Origin: Candidatus Zixiibacteriota bacterium
GTDB taxonomy: Bacteria > Zixibacteria > MSB-5A5 > GN15 > FEB-12
NCBI GenBank assembly: GCA_034003725.1
Contig: JAVEYB010000002.1
Location: 142,568-206,567, forward strand
Direction: 5' to 3'
DNA: 64,000 bases
Shown: positions 1 to 10,064 of the stretch, piece by piece
Layout of the letters: each line of letters begins with the position of its first letter
Position numbering within the stretch: position 1 is the first letter of the stretch
Program-made: the position numbers and the translations under genes
The notes under the pieces: generated by a model
Told to the model about the DNA's origin: nothing
Seen by the model: only the letters and a program-made list of their open reading frames with translations
Database searches by the model: none

Positions 1-285
1 GTTCGACCGCTGGGAATGGAGGGAGCGCCGGTTTCCCGCCTCAACGCGGCGCCGACAAGAGCGAACGCGTATTCGTTTGGAGCGACGCTCGGCAACAAGG
101 TTCATCTTACGGGGTCCGTATCGCTGTACGCTGAAGTCACCCACTTTTTCTATACGTCGTTTGCAGGCACATCCGGTGTATTCGACTCGGGTCTGCCTGA
201 TATCACATTCAACTACCACTGGGACCGCAACCCGACCTATCTGTCGTTGGGATTGACGTATTCATTCGCTGTTCCGTCGAAGTAG
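1..285 (+). CDS. 3' end of a gene entering from upstream; possible outer-membrane beta-barrel protein (partial)
   Basis: Frame 1 is open from base 1 to TAG 283-285. The C-terminal strands alternate hydrophobic and aromatic residues (..YLSLGLTYSF..). A hairpin plus T-run follows. Confidence 0.3.
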   Translation, partial: VRPLGMEGAPVSRLNAAPTRANAYSFGATLGNKVHLTGSVSLYAEVTHFFYTSFAGTSGVFDSGLPDITFNYHWDRNPTYLSLGLTYSFAVPSK

Positions 286-306
286 TCAGTCCCGGTCAGC
301 CTGTCG

Positions 307-366
307 ACGCCGAATGTCGGGGGGATTTTGCGGCAAGCGGGGCGGCTTGTCCGGGCGTTTTTTTTT
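307..366 (+). terminator. Rho-independent terminator candidate
   Basis: Inner hairpin GGCAAGC/GCTTGTC is enclosed by ACGCC/GGCGT and followed directly by a run of 9 T (358-366). Confidence 0.45.
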
Positions 367-381
367 CGCTACCTTTCAGCC

Positions 382-972
382 ATGGTAATCGGGTTAACCG
401 GTCAGATCGGTTCGGGCAAGTCTACCGCGGCCAGGATACTGGCGTCGTTCGGCGCCCGTGTCATTGACGCCGATTTGATTGGCAGAGAGGTCGTGGAGCA
501 ATCGGCGGAGCTTCGCCGCCGTCTGGCCCGGGTATTCGGGAAGGATGTTGTTGATTCGCGGGGTCGGCTAATTCGAAAGAAGCTGGCGGTTCGCGCGTTT
601 GCTACCGGGGCCTCGAGAGACAAACTCAACATGATAGTACATCCGCACCTGCTTCGGCGTTTACGGTCTCGAATTCGGGAGGAGCAGAAGCGGGGTCCGG
701 TGGTAATTGATGCGGCCCTGCTTTTGTACTGGGGGATGGACCGGGAGGTCGATGTTACGCTGGTTATCCATGCGGGGTTGGAAACCCGGCTCAAGCGCCT
801 GCAGGCGCGGGGGATACAGCCGGGTGATGCCAAGGCGCGCCAGCGTGCTCAGCTTCCGTATGCCGAATTTCGAACCCGGGCCGACCGGGTGATTCTGAAC
901 AACGGGACACCATCAGACCTCAGGCGCAAGCTTCGTCGGTTCTGGCAAGCGTATGTATCCGAAAGGGTTTGA
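382..972 (+). CDS. coaE: Dephospho-CoA kinase
   Basis: MVIGLTGQIGSGKST P-loop at the N-terminus, ..VIDAD.. motif, and typical CoaE length. ATG 382 is preferred over TTG 328 because 328-381 overlaps the upstream terminator. Confidence 0.9.
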   Translation: MVIGLTGQIGSGKSTAARILASFGARVIDADLIGREVVEQSAELRRRLARVFGKDVVDSRGRLIRKKLAVRAFATGASRDKLNMIVHPHLLRRLRSRIREEQKRGPVVIDAALLLYWGMDREVDVTLVIHAGLETRLKRLQARGIQPGDAKARQRAQLPYAEFRTRADRVILNNGTPSDLRRKLRRFWQAYVSERV

Positions 973-1038
973 CAGGCGACTCGAAATCCAGCTTATTACT
1001 TCCATCGAACGAACGCATGGGTGTATGGGTGAAGAAAG

Positions 1039-3051
1039 ATGGCACTAGTTGATGCTGCGACTAATTCTGTCCGGCGCGACTACTCGCTAAGCGAGCTCAA
1101 GGAACGCGCCAATTACATGCGCGGATTGAATGAAATAGCCCTGTGCTCCGCGGGATCGGGCCACTCCGGCGGCACACTGGGGATAATGGACGTCTGCGCC
1201 GCACTCTACCTCAAGGTGGCGAGGCACGACCCTCAGAATCCGTTCTGGCAGGAGCGCGACCGCATTATCTGGTCGGCGGGCCACAAGGCGCCGGCGCTGT
1301 ACACCTCGCTCGCCGTGGCCGGTTATTTCGATGAAGGTCAATTGATGACTTTGAGAATGCTTGGCTCGCCGTTACAGGGTCACCCTCACTGGCGCGACCT
1401 TCCGGGAGTGGAGATTTCCTCGGGCTCGCTCGGTCAGGGATTTTCAGTGGGGGTGGGCGTGGCGCTGGCGGCGAAACTCGACGGGGCGGATTATCGGGTG
1501 TTTGTGATTTGTTCCGACGGCGAGCAGCAGGAAGGGTCGATTTGGGAAGCGGCGATGGCGGCCGCACATCACAAGCTCGACAACCTGATTGTGATAGTCG
1601 ACAAGAATCGGCTGCAAATCGATGGCGAGGTGAAGGATGTGATGAATATCGATCCGCTGCCCGACAAGTACCGTTCTTTCGGCTGGGACGTGAGGGAGGT
1701 CGATGGGCATGACATGGAAGACATCGTATCGAGCCTTGAACAAGCGAGAAACGACAACAGATCGGGCCGGCCAGTCGCATTGATTTGTCACACCAACAAG
1801 GGGCGCGGTGTTTCCTTTATGGAGAATGTCGTCAGCTGGCACGGCAAGCCACCGAATCGGGCGGAACTGGAGAGGGTGCTTTCGGAATTGAAGCTGTCGG
1901 GCGCGTTCGATGTAGAGTCATTGCTGGCCCAGGGGTCCGCTCATCGTGAAAGGAGCGAGGCGGCGCTGGCATCGTCAATGCCGCGTTTCTCACGAGATTA
2001 TTGGTGGAACGCCCCGGGGACGATGTCGGTCGAAATGGATCCTACGCGGAAGGGGTTTGGGCGGGCTCTCGACAAGTACGGCGACGACGCGCGGGTGGTT
2101 TGTATCGGGGCGGACATTTCCGACTCGATCACCATATCCGATTTTTTCAAACGGCACCCCGAACGGAAGGATCGGTTCATCTCGGTCGGTGTGGCGGAGC
2201 AGAATGCGACAACGATAGCGGCCGGTCTGGCTAAAGAAGGGAGGATCCCGGTGTTCGGTACGTACGGGGTGTTTGCATCGGCGCGAAATCTGGACCAGCT
2301 CCGCGTATCGGTCTGTTACGGCAATTTCAACGTGTTGGTCGCAGGGGCCCACGGCGGCATTTCGGTCGGTCCGGACGGAGCCACGCACCAGGAGCTTGAG
2401 TCGATGTTTCAGATAGCGGGACTTCCCAACATGCATATGGGCGTTCCGTGCGATTCGATCGAGACCGAGAAGATGACCCGGGCACTGCTTTTCGACGTTG
2501 TCGGTCCGAAATACATTCGCTTTGCCCGTGAAGCGACACCTGTCATATCGACGCCGGATACTCCGTTCAGGTTCGGAGAGGCAAACGTGTATCGACTCCG
2601 CCGGGAAACTGCGCGGTTTGTCGATGCGTTCGAGGTCCGTGTCGCATCGGATTATGTCAACGAAAACGAGCATTTGACAATCGTGTCGTGCGGTCCGGAA
2701 GTCGCCGAGTCGTTACGTGCGGCCTGGATCCTGAAGCGCGAGCACGATATCGAAACGCGCGTGCTCAATGTTCACACCGTCAAGCCCATCGACACAGAGG
2801 CCATACTGAGCGCGGCCCGGGAGACCGGGGCGATGTTAACGGCGGAGGAGCACCAGGTCGGCGGGCTTGGCAACCGCATTGCCGGGATCATCGCGTGCGA
2901 TATCGCGCCGGGGGGAAGGAGGCTGCCGTTTGCGATGATCGGTATACCGGATGTATTCGGAGAGTCCGGAGAACCGTGGCAGTTGATTCGGAAGTTCGGT
3001 TTGGCCGCCGAACATATCGCAGCCAAAGCACAAGAACTACTCGGAATATAG
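1039..3051 (+). CDS. tkt: Transketolase, N-terminal (TPP-binding) and C-terminal (pyrimidine-binding) halves fused in one 670-aa chain
   Basis: SAGSGHSGGTLG, GSLGQG and DGEQQEGS TPP motifs in the N-half. FISVGVAEQNATTIAAGLA and a transketolase C-terminal section in the C-half. Confidence 0.9.
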   Translation: MALVDAATNSVRRDYSLSELKERANYMRGLNEIALCSAGSGHSGGTLGIMDVCAALYLKVARHDPQNPFWQERDRIIWSAGHKAPALYTSLAVAGYFDEGQLMTLRMLGSPLQGHPHWRDLPGVEISSGSLGQGFSVGVGVALAAKLDGADYRVFVICSDGEQQEGSIWEAAMAAAHHKLDNLIVIVDKNRLQIDGEVKDVMNIDPLPDKYRSFGWDVREVDGHDMEDIVSSLEQARNDNRSGRPVALICHTNKGRGVSFMENVVSWHGKPPNRAELERVLSELKLSGAFDVESLLAQGSAHRERSEAALASSMPRFSRDYWWNAPGTMSVEMDPTRKGFGRALDKYGDDARVVCIGADISDSITISDFFKRHPERKDRFISVGVAEQNATTIAAGLAKEGRIPVFGTYGVFASARNLDQLRVSVCYGNFNVLVAGAHGGISVGPDGATHQELESMFQIAGLPNMHMGVPCDSIETEKMTRALLFDVVGPKYIRFAREATPVISTPDTPFRFGEANVYRLRRETARFVDAFEVRVASDYVNENEHLTIVSCGPEVAESLRAAWILKREHDIETRVLNVHTVKPIDTEAILSAARETGAMLTAEEHQVGGLGNRIAGIIACDIAPGGRRLPFAMIGIPDVFGESGEPWQLIRKFGLAAEHIAAKAQELLGI

Positions 3052-3067
3052 CGAAGGACACGAAGAG

Positions 3068-4237
3068 ATGAAATACAGTGAGCGAATCCGGCGGCTCGAA
3101 TCGGAGGGGGCGTTTGCGGTACTGGCTCGGGCCAAGCAGATGGAGCGTGAGGGGAAGTCGATAATCCATCTCCAGATCGGTGAGCCGGATTTCGATACGC
3201 CGGCAAATATCACGGAAGCCGCCTACAAGGCTCTCCGAAACGGGCACACGCACTATGCGCCGTCGGGCGGTATTCCCGAGGCGCGCGAGGCGATCGCCGA
3301 TGAGGTGCGGCGGACCCGTAAAGTCAACGTCTCCGCCGAAAACGTAATCGTCATGCCGGGCTGTAAGCCGGTCATTTTCGCAGCGATTATGGCTCTTGTG
3401 GAGGAAGGCGACGAGGTGATAGTTCCCAACCCCGGCTATCCCACGTATCGATCGGTTACGCGTTTTTTGGGGGCTGAGCCCGTGCCGGTTCCGCTGCGCG
3501 AGGAACACGATTTCCGTTTCAACCTCGACGAGGTCAGGGCACTCATTACACCCCGGACGAGGGTGATAATCCTGAATTCACCGGGTAATCCCACGGGCGG
3601 CGTGTTGACGGAATCCGATCTCGAGGGGGTGTTCGCACTGGCGAAGAAACATGATTTGTGGATCGTGACGGACGAGATATATTCGCGGCTCGTGTACGAA
3701 GGCGAGTTCAAGTCGATACTGTCGGTTCCGGGCGCACTGGAGAGGACAATTGCGGTAGACGGGATGTCGAAGACGTACGCGATGACCGGCTGGCGACTGG
3801 GATACGGGATCATGCCGAAGCAGCTGGCCGACTATTTCTTCACATTCGCGATCAACAACTTCTCGTCCACCGCGACGTTTTCCCAGTACGCGATGGTGGA
3901 GGCACTGACGGGGCCCCAGGACGGCGTGGACCAAATGATCGAGCAGTTCCGTCGTCGCCGCGAAGTAATTGTGGACGGCCTCAACGCGATCGACGGCATT
4001 ACGTGTCTGAAGCCGCAGGGAGCCTTTTACGTGTTTCCGAACATCACCGGTACCGGCCTGAGTTCAAAGGAATTCGCCGAAGTCATGCTGGAGCAAGCGG
4101 GCGTGGCCTGTTTGTCGGGAACGGCGTTCGGTCAGTACGGGGAGGGCTACGTTCGATTCTCGTACGCAAACTCGATCGAAAACATCGAAGAGGCGCTCCG
4201 CCGCATCAAAAAGACACTGGCAGCAGTCAAGGTCTGA
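3068..4237 (+). CDS. PLP-dependent class I/II aminotransferase (aspartate aminotransferase-like)
   Basis: NPGNPTG motif, SKTYAMTGWRLGY with the PLP lysine, and a C-terminal ..GYVRFSYA.. motif. Confidence 0.9.
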   Translation: MKYSERIRRLESEGAFAVLARAKQMEREGKSIIHLQIGEPDFDTPANITEAAYKALRNGHTHYAPSGGIPEAREAIADEVRRTRKVNVSAENVIVMPGCKPVIFAAIMALVEEGDEVIVPNPGYPTYRSVTRFLGAEPVPVPLREEHDFRFNLDEVRALITPRTRVIILNSPGNPTGGVLTESDLEGVFALAKKHDLWIVTDEIYSRLVYEGEFKSILSVPGALERTIAVDGMSKTYAMTGWRLGYGIMPKQLADYFFTFAINNFSSTATFSQYAMVEALTGPQDGVDQMIEQFRRRREVIVDGLNAIDGITCLKPQGAFYVFPNITGTGLSSKEFAEVMLEQAGVACLSGTAFGQYGEGYVRFSYANSIENIEEALRRIKKTLAAVKV

Positions 4238-4259
4238 TGGTCAAGCGGAGCGGAGTTCG

Positions 4260-4288
4260 GGCCGGGCGGTTCGCCCGGCCTTTTTTTT
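4260..4288 (+). terminator. Rho-independent terminator
   Basis: GGCCGGGCG-gtt-CGCCCGGCC perfect 9-bp stem followed by T8, 23 nt after the stop codon. Confidence 0.8.
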
Positions 4289-4325
4289 GATTGATTGACG
4301 TCGTGCGGCACGCTACCGTACCGAC

Positions 4326-5123
4326 ATGAGATTCGGTTTTGTCTCAGCGAATATTCTCGACCTCAGACGCAGTCCGGACATGCATTCTGAGCGCGTTCAC
4401 CAGACGCTTTTTGGATCCCCGGTTCGAGTGCTCGAGGAGTCCGGGGCTTACGTGTTGGTCGAAGATCCCATCGGATACCGGGGGTGGGCACATCAGGGGG
4501 GACTGGCAGTAATCAATCGGTCGCAGTTCAGCGCGGCGAGGACAGGGCGGTTGGCCGTTGTCCGGGCGCTGCAGGCACGTCTCCACGAGGTCGATGGGAC
4601 AATCGCGGGGCCACCCCACATCGTCTACTATGGGACGATAGTTGCGCTTAAGGGGGTGGCGGGCAGTATGGTAATGATTGCGACGCCCGACGGTACCCGA
4701 TATGCGATCAAGCAGGCTCAAATTGCGCCGATCAACGGTAAAAGAGACAGAGTACCGACAGGCGCCGCGCTGGTACGTGAGGCCCGCCGCTTCCTCGGGG
4801 CACCGTATCTGTGGGGTGGTGTCAGCACCCCGGGATTCGATTGCTCGGGGCTGGTTCATACGATCTGCGCGAGGTTCGGAATCAGCGTGCCTCGGGATAC
4901 CGCGGACCAGATCGGCGCGGGGCGTCATGTCGAGCGAGCCGAAGTGCGCACCGGCGATTTACTGTTTTTCGATCGCCATGTCGGTTTTGCGGCTGGGCGA
5001 GGGCGCTTGATTCATTCTTCCCTGGCGGGCCAGGGCGTGAGGGAGCAGTCGCTGTCGCCCGATGACGCCGATTACCGAATCGATCTGGACCGGACGTATC
5101 GGGAAGCGAGGAGAATCGTATGA
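4326..5123 (+). CDS. NlpC/P60 (C40) peptidase with N-terminal SH3b-like domains; YkfC-like gamma-D-glutamyl-L-diamino acid endopeptidase
   Basis: PYLWGG..GFDCSGLV catalytic Cys motif, then ..GDLLFF..HVG.. His motif. Its stop overlaps the next start (ATGA). Confidence 0.85.
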   Translation: MRFGFVSANILDLRRSPDMHSERVHQTLFGSPVRVLEESGAYVLVEDPIGYRGWAHQGGLAVINRSQFSAARTGRLAVVRALQARLHEVDGTIAGPPHIVYYGTIVALKGVAGSMVMIATPDGTRYAIKQAQIAPINGKRDRVPTGAALVREARRFLGAPYLWGGVSTPGFDCSGLVHTICARFGISVPRDTADQIGAGRHVERAEVRTGDLLFFDRHVGFAAGRGRLIHSSLAGQGVREQSLSPDDADYRIDLDRTYREARRIV

Positions 5124-6151
5124 TAAGAATCGACACCGTGAAGGTATCTCTTCCGCTGAAGAAGAAGTTCGTTATTTCGAAAGGGCAGGCGGCCGTCAAG
5201 ACGAACCTGATAACGGTACTGAATAACCGGTACAGCGGAGAAGCATCGGGTTCGGTGTACTACGGGCCATCGATAGAGGATATCCAGGACGATATCCGGA
5301 GAGGCGTCGGTTTCCTGACGGCGAAAAAGGTAGTCGACCAGCACACGCTCGAGGAATTGAACGAACTGGACGTTCACCCGGCCGCACGTTCGGCGTTGAT
5401 CGCGATGACGCTCAATTACATATCGGGGGAGACCAATCGATATCCATGGGAGATTCTCGGAGTGGGATCACCGGTGGGTATACGCAACTCGATCACGATC
5501 GGTATTGATTCCCCCGAGCAGGTGAAGAGTGAAATCGCGCATACCGAGCATCCGATTATCAAGCTCAAGCTCGGGTCTCCCCACGACGCCGAAATCATAC
5601 TTCTCTTGAAGGAAGTGGGCGGTAAGGAGATCCGGGTGGATGCCAACGGCGCGTGGACGCTGGAGCAGGCTGAAGAAATGATCCACGGCCTCGCGATGAG
5701 CGGGGTTCGTGTCATCGAACAGCCGACCGGTCCGGAAAACGTTCGCGAGTGGCCCCATCTCAAAGGCAAGAATGAGGATATCGAGCTGCTTATCGACGAA
5801 GGCCTGTGCACCGTGGACGACTATCATTCGTTCTCCGAGTATGTCGACGGCGTGAATATCAAGATGGTTAAATCCGGCGGGGTGATCGAGGCGATCAAAA
5901 TCGCCACGAAGGCACGCGAGGAGAAGAAGAAAGTCATGCTCGGGTGCATGGTGGAATCGTCGGTCGGGATAGCCCAGTCGATCTACATGTCGTCTCTGGG
6001 CGATTATTATGATCTTGACGGTCCACAGTTGCTGGATGAAGATATCGCCTCCGGAATCAGCTACGACAAGGACTCGATCGCGGTGGATCGCGAGATTATC
6101 GGCGGGCCGAAGCTGAAACGGGATGTCGTTGAGAAGTACATTCAGGAATAG
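5120..6151 (+). CDS. Dipeptide epimerase (L-Ala-D/L-Glu epimerase-like), enolase superfamily
   Basis: KLKLG, VDANGAW, IEQP and NIKMVKSGG motifs typical of MLE-subgroup dipeptide epimerases. The start is coupled to the upstream NlpC/P60 gene. Confidence 0.8.
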   Translation: MIRIDTVKVSLPLKKKFVISKGQAAVKTNLITVLNNRYSGEASGSVYYGPSIEDIQDDIRRGVGFLTAKKVVDQHTLEELNELDVHPAARSALIAMTLNYISGETNRYPWEILGVGSPVGIRNSITIGIDSPEQVKSEIAHTEHPIIKLKLGSPHDAEIILLLKEVGGKEIRVDANGAWTLEQAEEMIHGLAMSGVRVIEQPTGPENVREWPHLKGKNEDIELLIDEGLCTVDDYHSFSEYVDGVNIKMVKSGGVIEAIKIATKAREEKKKVMLGCMVESSVGIAQSIYMSSLGDYYDLDGPQLLDEDIASGISYDKDSIAVDREIIGGPKLKRDVVEKYIQE

Positions 6152-8075
6152 GCTGCCGCTTGCAGCGGCGCTGGTGTGGCTGGGTGTCACGGCCGCATCG
6201 CAGACAAATCCCGGGATCACGATCATTTATCCCAAGCCGGGGCAGACGGTCGGGGCGGTAGACTCGACGTTTGTCCTCGGTCACCTTCCCGAAGGGCTAT
6301 CCGGGGAACTTGATGAGTATTATGTCACGGTCAACGGGGGCAGCGCGTTTCCGGTCCATCGAGACGGCGGGTGGATCGCGTTTGTGCCGGTGATGCCGGG
6401 CGACTTAACGTTCACGGTGGATGCGTATCCTTTGCACGGTGAGCGGGCCGAACCCGCAGGTGCGTCGTTTCCGGTGGCGAGTGGATCGGTCAGCGTGATC
6501 ATTCCGCAGCCGCTACCGCCGCTTCGACATGATTCCGTTCAGATCCTTGGTGATTTCCAGCCGCCGCAGGGAGATTTGTCTTTGCGCGGGGGCGACATGC
6601 TTGCGGTGTCGTTCCGCGGGACGCCGGGGCTGAGCGCGTGGTTTTCGATTTCGGGGGTGGCGGATTCCGTGCCGATGAGCGAGGGGGAGCCACGGCCCCA
6701 GGCGTATTGGGGGGAGTCGGTCTTTGGAGCAGGTGCGATTCCCGACTCACTTCTCATGCGGGGAATCTACTGGGGGTTTCTTACGGTGCCGGAGAGTGCG
6801 CGCGTAGTCGATTCACCCATCATGTATCGTCTGGGGCTATCGGAGGACGCATTGCGGACGATGCGTCTGCTTACGGGCGGAGCGATCACGGGCACGATCG
6901 GCGACTCGACGTTTTTCGGGCTGCGTCCGCTCGTTTCGCGACGAAGCGCGTATCGGGTGTCTATGAACGACCCTGATTTTCCGTTCACGGTGCGGTTTGT
7001 GGACTCGGTTCAGATCATTCGGCACGAGCCCCGGCGCGGCTATTTCTCCATATTTCAGCCGGCCGGCGTGGAGGCCCTGGCGGTGGGAGCCGAAGGCGAC
7101 TGGTACCGACTTCAGCTGTCGGAAACACAGTATGCGTGGGCGGCCAAGACTTCAGTGGAACGGCGGCCGCCGGGGATATTGCCGCCGAAGTCATATGTCA
7201 GGGTTATTCGGACCTACGCGCAGGAAGATCACGCACGGGTCGAGATTGCGTTGTCCGGCCAACATGTGTTCCAGGTATTCGAAGAAAGCGCGACACGGAT
7301 TCGAGTTCGCTTGTTCGGCGTGACCAGTGACACGGATTGGATCCGGTACGACACCAGGGATTCCCTGATCGAGCATATCACGTGGAATCAGCCGGAGCCG
7401 GGCTGCTACGAAGCGGTCGTGACGACCTCGCGGCCGATCTGGGGATACGACACGTATTATGAAGGAACGCGTTTCTACCTGCAGATAAACCGGGCGCCGG
7501 AGGACTTGCCGTCTGTCGAGGGTAAACGGATCGTGATCGATCCGGGGCATTCCGCCGATCCCGGGTCGGTAGGTCCGACCGGACTTACGGAGGCCGAAGC
7601 GAATCTCGGCATCGCGCTGGTTCTGGAAGAGCTGCTCGAGCATCGCGGCGCGGAGGTCATCATGACGCGCAGCGACGCCAGTCATGTGGCGCTGTATGAC
7701 CGGCCGGCAATCGCCAAGCTGGCCGACGCCGACCTGTTCGTATCCATACATAACAACGCACTGCCTGACGGCGTGAATCCGTTCGTCAACCACGGAACAT
7801 CGACATACTATTATCACCCGCACTCTTTGGCGCTGGGGCGCGCAATTCACCGGCGCATGGTTGATGCGACGGGATTGCCCGATCACGGTTTTTATCATGG
7901 AAATCTTGCGGTCAATCGACCGACACAGTATCCTGCGGTGCTTGTCGAATGCGCCTTTATGATCCTGCCGGAGCAGGAGGCGATGTTGAAGACAGAGTCG
8001 TTTCGGATAGAAGTGGCGCGCGCGATTGCCGCGGGGATAGATGACTTCCTCAAGGAGTATGTGCATGACCGTTAA
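6123..8075 (+). CDS. Secreted N-acetylmuramoyl-L-alanine amidase (Amidase_3) with a large N-terminal domain
   Basis: Signal peptide. The C-terminal block IVIDPGHSADPGSVG..TEAE..SIHNNA..ECAFM is the AmiA/B/C-type zinc amidase signature. Confidence 0.85.
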   Translation: MSLRSTFRNRLPLAAALVWLGVTAASQTNPGITIIYPKPGQTVGAVDSTFVLGHLPEGLSGELDEYYVTVNGGSAFPVHRDGGWIAFVPVMPGDLTFTVDAYPLHGERAEPAGASFPVASGSVSVIIPQPLPPLRHDSVQILGDFQPPQGDLSLRGGDMLAVSFRGTPGLSAWFSISGVADSVPMSEGEPRPQAYWGESVFGAGAIPDSLLMRGIYWGFLTVPESARVVDSPIMYRLGLSEDALRTMRLLTGGAITGTIGDSTFFGLRPLVSRRSAYRVSMNDPDFPFTVRFVDSVQIIRHEPRRGYFSIFQPAGVEALAVGAEGDWYRLQLSETQYAWAAKTSVERRPPGILPPKSYVRVIRTYAQEDHARVEIALSGQHVFQVFEESATRIRVRLFGVTSDTDWIRYDTRDSLIEHITWNQPEPGCYEAVVTTSRPIWGYDTYYEGTRFYLQINRAPEDLPSVEGKRIVIDPGHSADPGSVGPTGLTEAEANLGIALVLEELLEHRGAEVIMTRSDASHVALYDRPAIAKLADADLFVSIHNNALPDGVNPFVNHGTSTYYYHPHSLALGRAIHRRMVDATGLPDHGFYHGNLAVNRPTQYPAVLVECAFMILPEQEAMLKTESFRIEVARAIAAGIDDFLKEYVHDR

Positions 8076-8328
8076 GACCGTGCCTGCATCGGGAACCGGC
8101 AAGAAGAAGAAACAGCCGGTGTGGTTGCTGTATGGAGCGCTGATACTAGGGGGGCTGCTCTTTCTGGCGGAAGCGGTGGGGATCGCCGCGTTGCAGCGGA
8201 CGACGGCGCGGCTGGGGATTGCGCTTCTGTATTCGGCGCTGGCGTTGATCGTGGGGAACGGTCGGACAATGGGTTATGTGGCAACGGCGATCGTGTGTTT
8301 GTCGGCGTTGATAGTATTTTTCGTGTGA
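8065..8328 (+). CDS. Small hypothetical membrane protein
   Basis: ATG 8065 overlaps the amidase stop. A lysine-rich N-terminus is followed by three hydrophobic helices. No recognisable family. Confidence 0.4.
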   Translation: MTVKTVPASGTGKKKKQPVWLLYGALILGGLLFLAEAVGIAALQRTTARLGIALLYSALALIVGNGRTMGYVATAIVCLSALIVFFV

Positions 8329-8365
8329 GTTCGTTTCGGCGCCGCCCAGCTTTCCGATAAAATCA

Positions 8366-8393
8366 TTGACAACACAATCCACGACGGTATCTT
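8366..8393 (+). promoter_or_regulatory. Sigma70-like promoter candidate
   Basis: TTGACA (8366-8371), 16-nt spacer, TATCTT (8388-8393), about 50 nt upstream of ATG 8441. Confidence 0.35.
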
Positions 8394-8440
8394 TCCTGTA
8401 GGTTACGTCTGGTCACACCTATAAGCGGGAGGGATGCCCC

Positions 8441-9817
8441 ATGCGGAAGATTTCATTTGTTCTGGCCACGGTGCTTTTCTGTGCCATTCCTGTATTCTCA
8501 CAGGTTGAGATTATCCTCGATGAGCAATGCGGCTACTTGCCCGGCGGGGACGTGCCGGCCAACTACTTCACTCAGGATATCTATATACAAAACCCGAACG
8601 ACACCGTCTGGGAGTTGTGTGTGGTTATGGCGCTCCACAAATCCTCCGATATCCCTTCGATTGATGTGGATCCCTCGTGGAGCTATGACGTCGATTCGAT
8701 GTTCGGGTACTCCGAGATTTTCGTGCTTCAGGAGGATTCCATAACCTATCTTTTGCTTGAATTCGGGCAACCGCTGTGGTTTGGCGCTGGAATCCAGCCC
8801 TCGGAAGACCCAATAAAGCTCTGTAATTTATGGGTCTCGTTCGCACCGTTTGAGAATTCAGAGCCTGAGCGCCGAATCTGGTTCGATTCTACCGCCTATG
8901 ATACGTTGTCTCATTTCTGGCACTACAACGCCAACTATGAAGGCAGCCAGATGGCGTTCTCCGGACCGCCTGAGTACCGGATTGCGTGGCTGCCAAATAC
9001 GGCTCCGATCATCCTTGAACCCAACCCTGGTGGAGAAATGTGGATTGCGGGACCCGGCTGCACAAAGACCGGGTGGTGGTGGCCGCATGTCAACGTCTTG
9101 TTGGAATTCGATAGCGTTGTGGCGGCCGTATATGGGCCGGGACAGATAACTCGAGCTGACCTGTACGGGGTGCAGTGGGAGTATACGCCGGCTCCGGAGG
9201 ATGCCGGGCAGACCTTCCAAATGTACATAGGTATCAACTTCGCCGTTTGCGGTGAACCGGTGACCTCCTACTTCACGAATCTCCATCCGTACATCATACA
9301 CGTCGGAGAGGCGGACACGAAACCCGAGTTTGTCCATTTCCAGCAGACCACTTATATCGCGAGCGTTGGCGAACCTCTTGAAATCTCGTTCGAACTCGAC
9401 GATCCCGATCCAGAATACAATACCTATCGCTACTACGTCAGTTCTCAGGACCCTGAGCCTCCCGCGACAATCGATCCGGAGACAGGCGTGTTCACGTTCC
9501 TCGGCAGTATCGACGATACGGCGACCTACTGGGTGAACGAAGTGGTCGAAGGGAAGTGTGGTGCGGTCGCCGATACGATCGGGTTCTTCGTGTATCTGTA
9601 CACGGATCCGGTCTGCGGTGACGCCAACCACAACGGCAATATCGACCTTTCCGACCTGATCTGGATCACCAACTACATGTTTATGGGTGGTGTAGAGCCC
9701 GTGCCACTGCTTTCCGGCGATGTCAATTGCGATAGTAATGTTGATTTGTCCGACCTGATCGGTCTGGTCAACTACCTCTTCATGGGCGGGGCGGCCCCCT
9801 GCGCCGACTGCCCGTGA
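8441..9817 (+). CDS. Secreted hypothetical protein with C-terminal dockerin-like double EF-hand module
   Basis: Signal peptide MRKISFVLATVLFCAIPVFSQ. Tail 9608-9814: CGDANHNGNIDLSDLIWITNYMFMGG..GDVNCDSNVDLSDLIGLVNYLFMGGAAPC. Confidence 0.75.
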   Translation: MRKISFVLATVLFCAIPVFSQVEIILDEQCGYLPGGDVPANYFTQDIYIQNPNDTVWELCVVMALHKSSDIPSIDVDPSWSYDVDSMFGYSEIFVLQEDSITYLLLEFGQPLWFGAGIQPSEDPIKLCNLWVSFAPFENSEPERRIWFDSTAYDTLSHFWHYNANYEGSQMAFSGPPEYRIAWLPNTAPIILEPNPGGEMWIAGPGCTKTGWWWPHVNVLLEFDSVVAAVYGPGQITRADLYGVQWEYTPAPEDAGQTFQMYIGINFAVCGEPVTSYFTNLHPYIIHVGEADTKPEFVHFQQTTYIASVGEPLEISFELDDPDPEYNTYRYYVSSQDPEPPATIDPETGVFTFLGSIDDTATYWVNEVVEGKCGAVADTIGFFVYLYTDPVCGDANHNGNIDLSDLIWITNYMFMGGVEPVPLLSGDVNCDSNVDLSDLIGLVNYLFMGGAAPCADCP

Positions 9818-9842
9818 GCAGTCTATTTTGTTGGATGACTCG

Positions 9843-9877
9843 AGCCCGCGTCGGAGGTTTTTCGGCGCGGGCTTTTC
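9843..9877 (+). terminator. Rho-independent terminator
   Basis: AGCCCGCG ... CGCGGGCT 8-bp stem followed by TTTT. Confidence 0.65.
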
Positions 9878-10064
9878 AGTTCATTTGTCGTACATTCTGA
9901 TCTTGCCGCATTCGCCGAGTTATCCCTGTACTCTCAACGTCCCATAGATCTTGCCGGACTATCGCCGCCTGTCCCAACTTTGCACAGGTCAAGAAGGTCG
10001 GGCATTTTGTCGAATATGAGAGCATAGGGAGACGTATGCCTGCAAACAAGCACGGGAGGACCAT

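Noticed and set aside
328-381. TTG 328 as the coaE start
   Set aside because: It would place 18 extra residues before the P-loop and overlap the upstream terminator hairpin and T-run. ATG 382 gives the canonical CoaE N-terminus.
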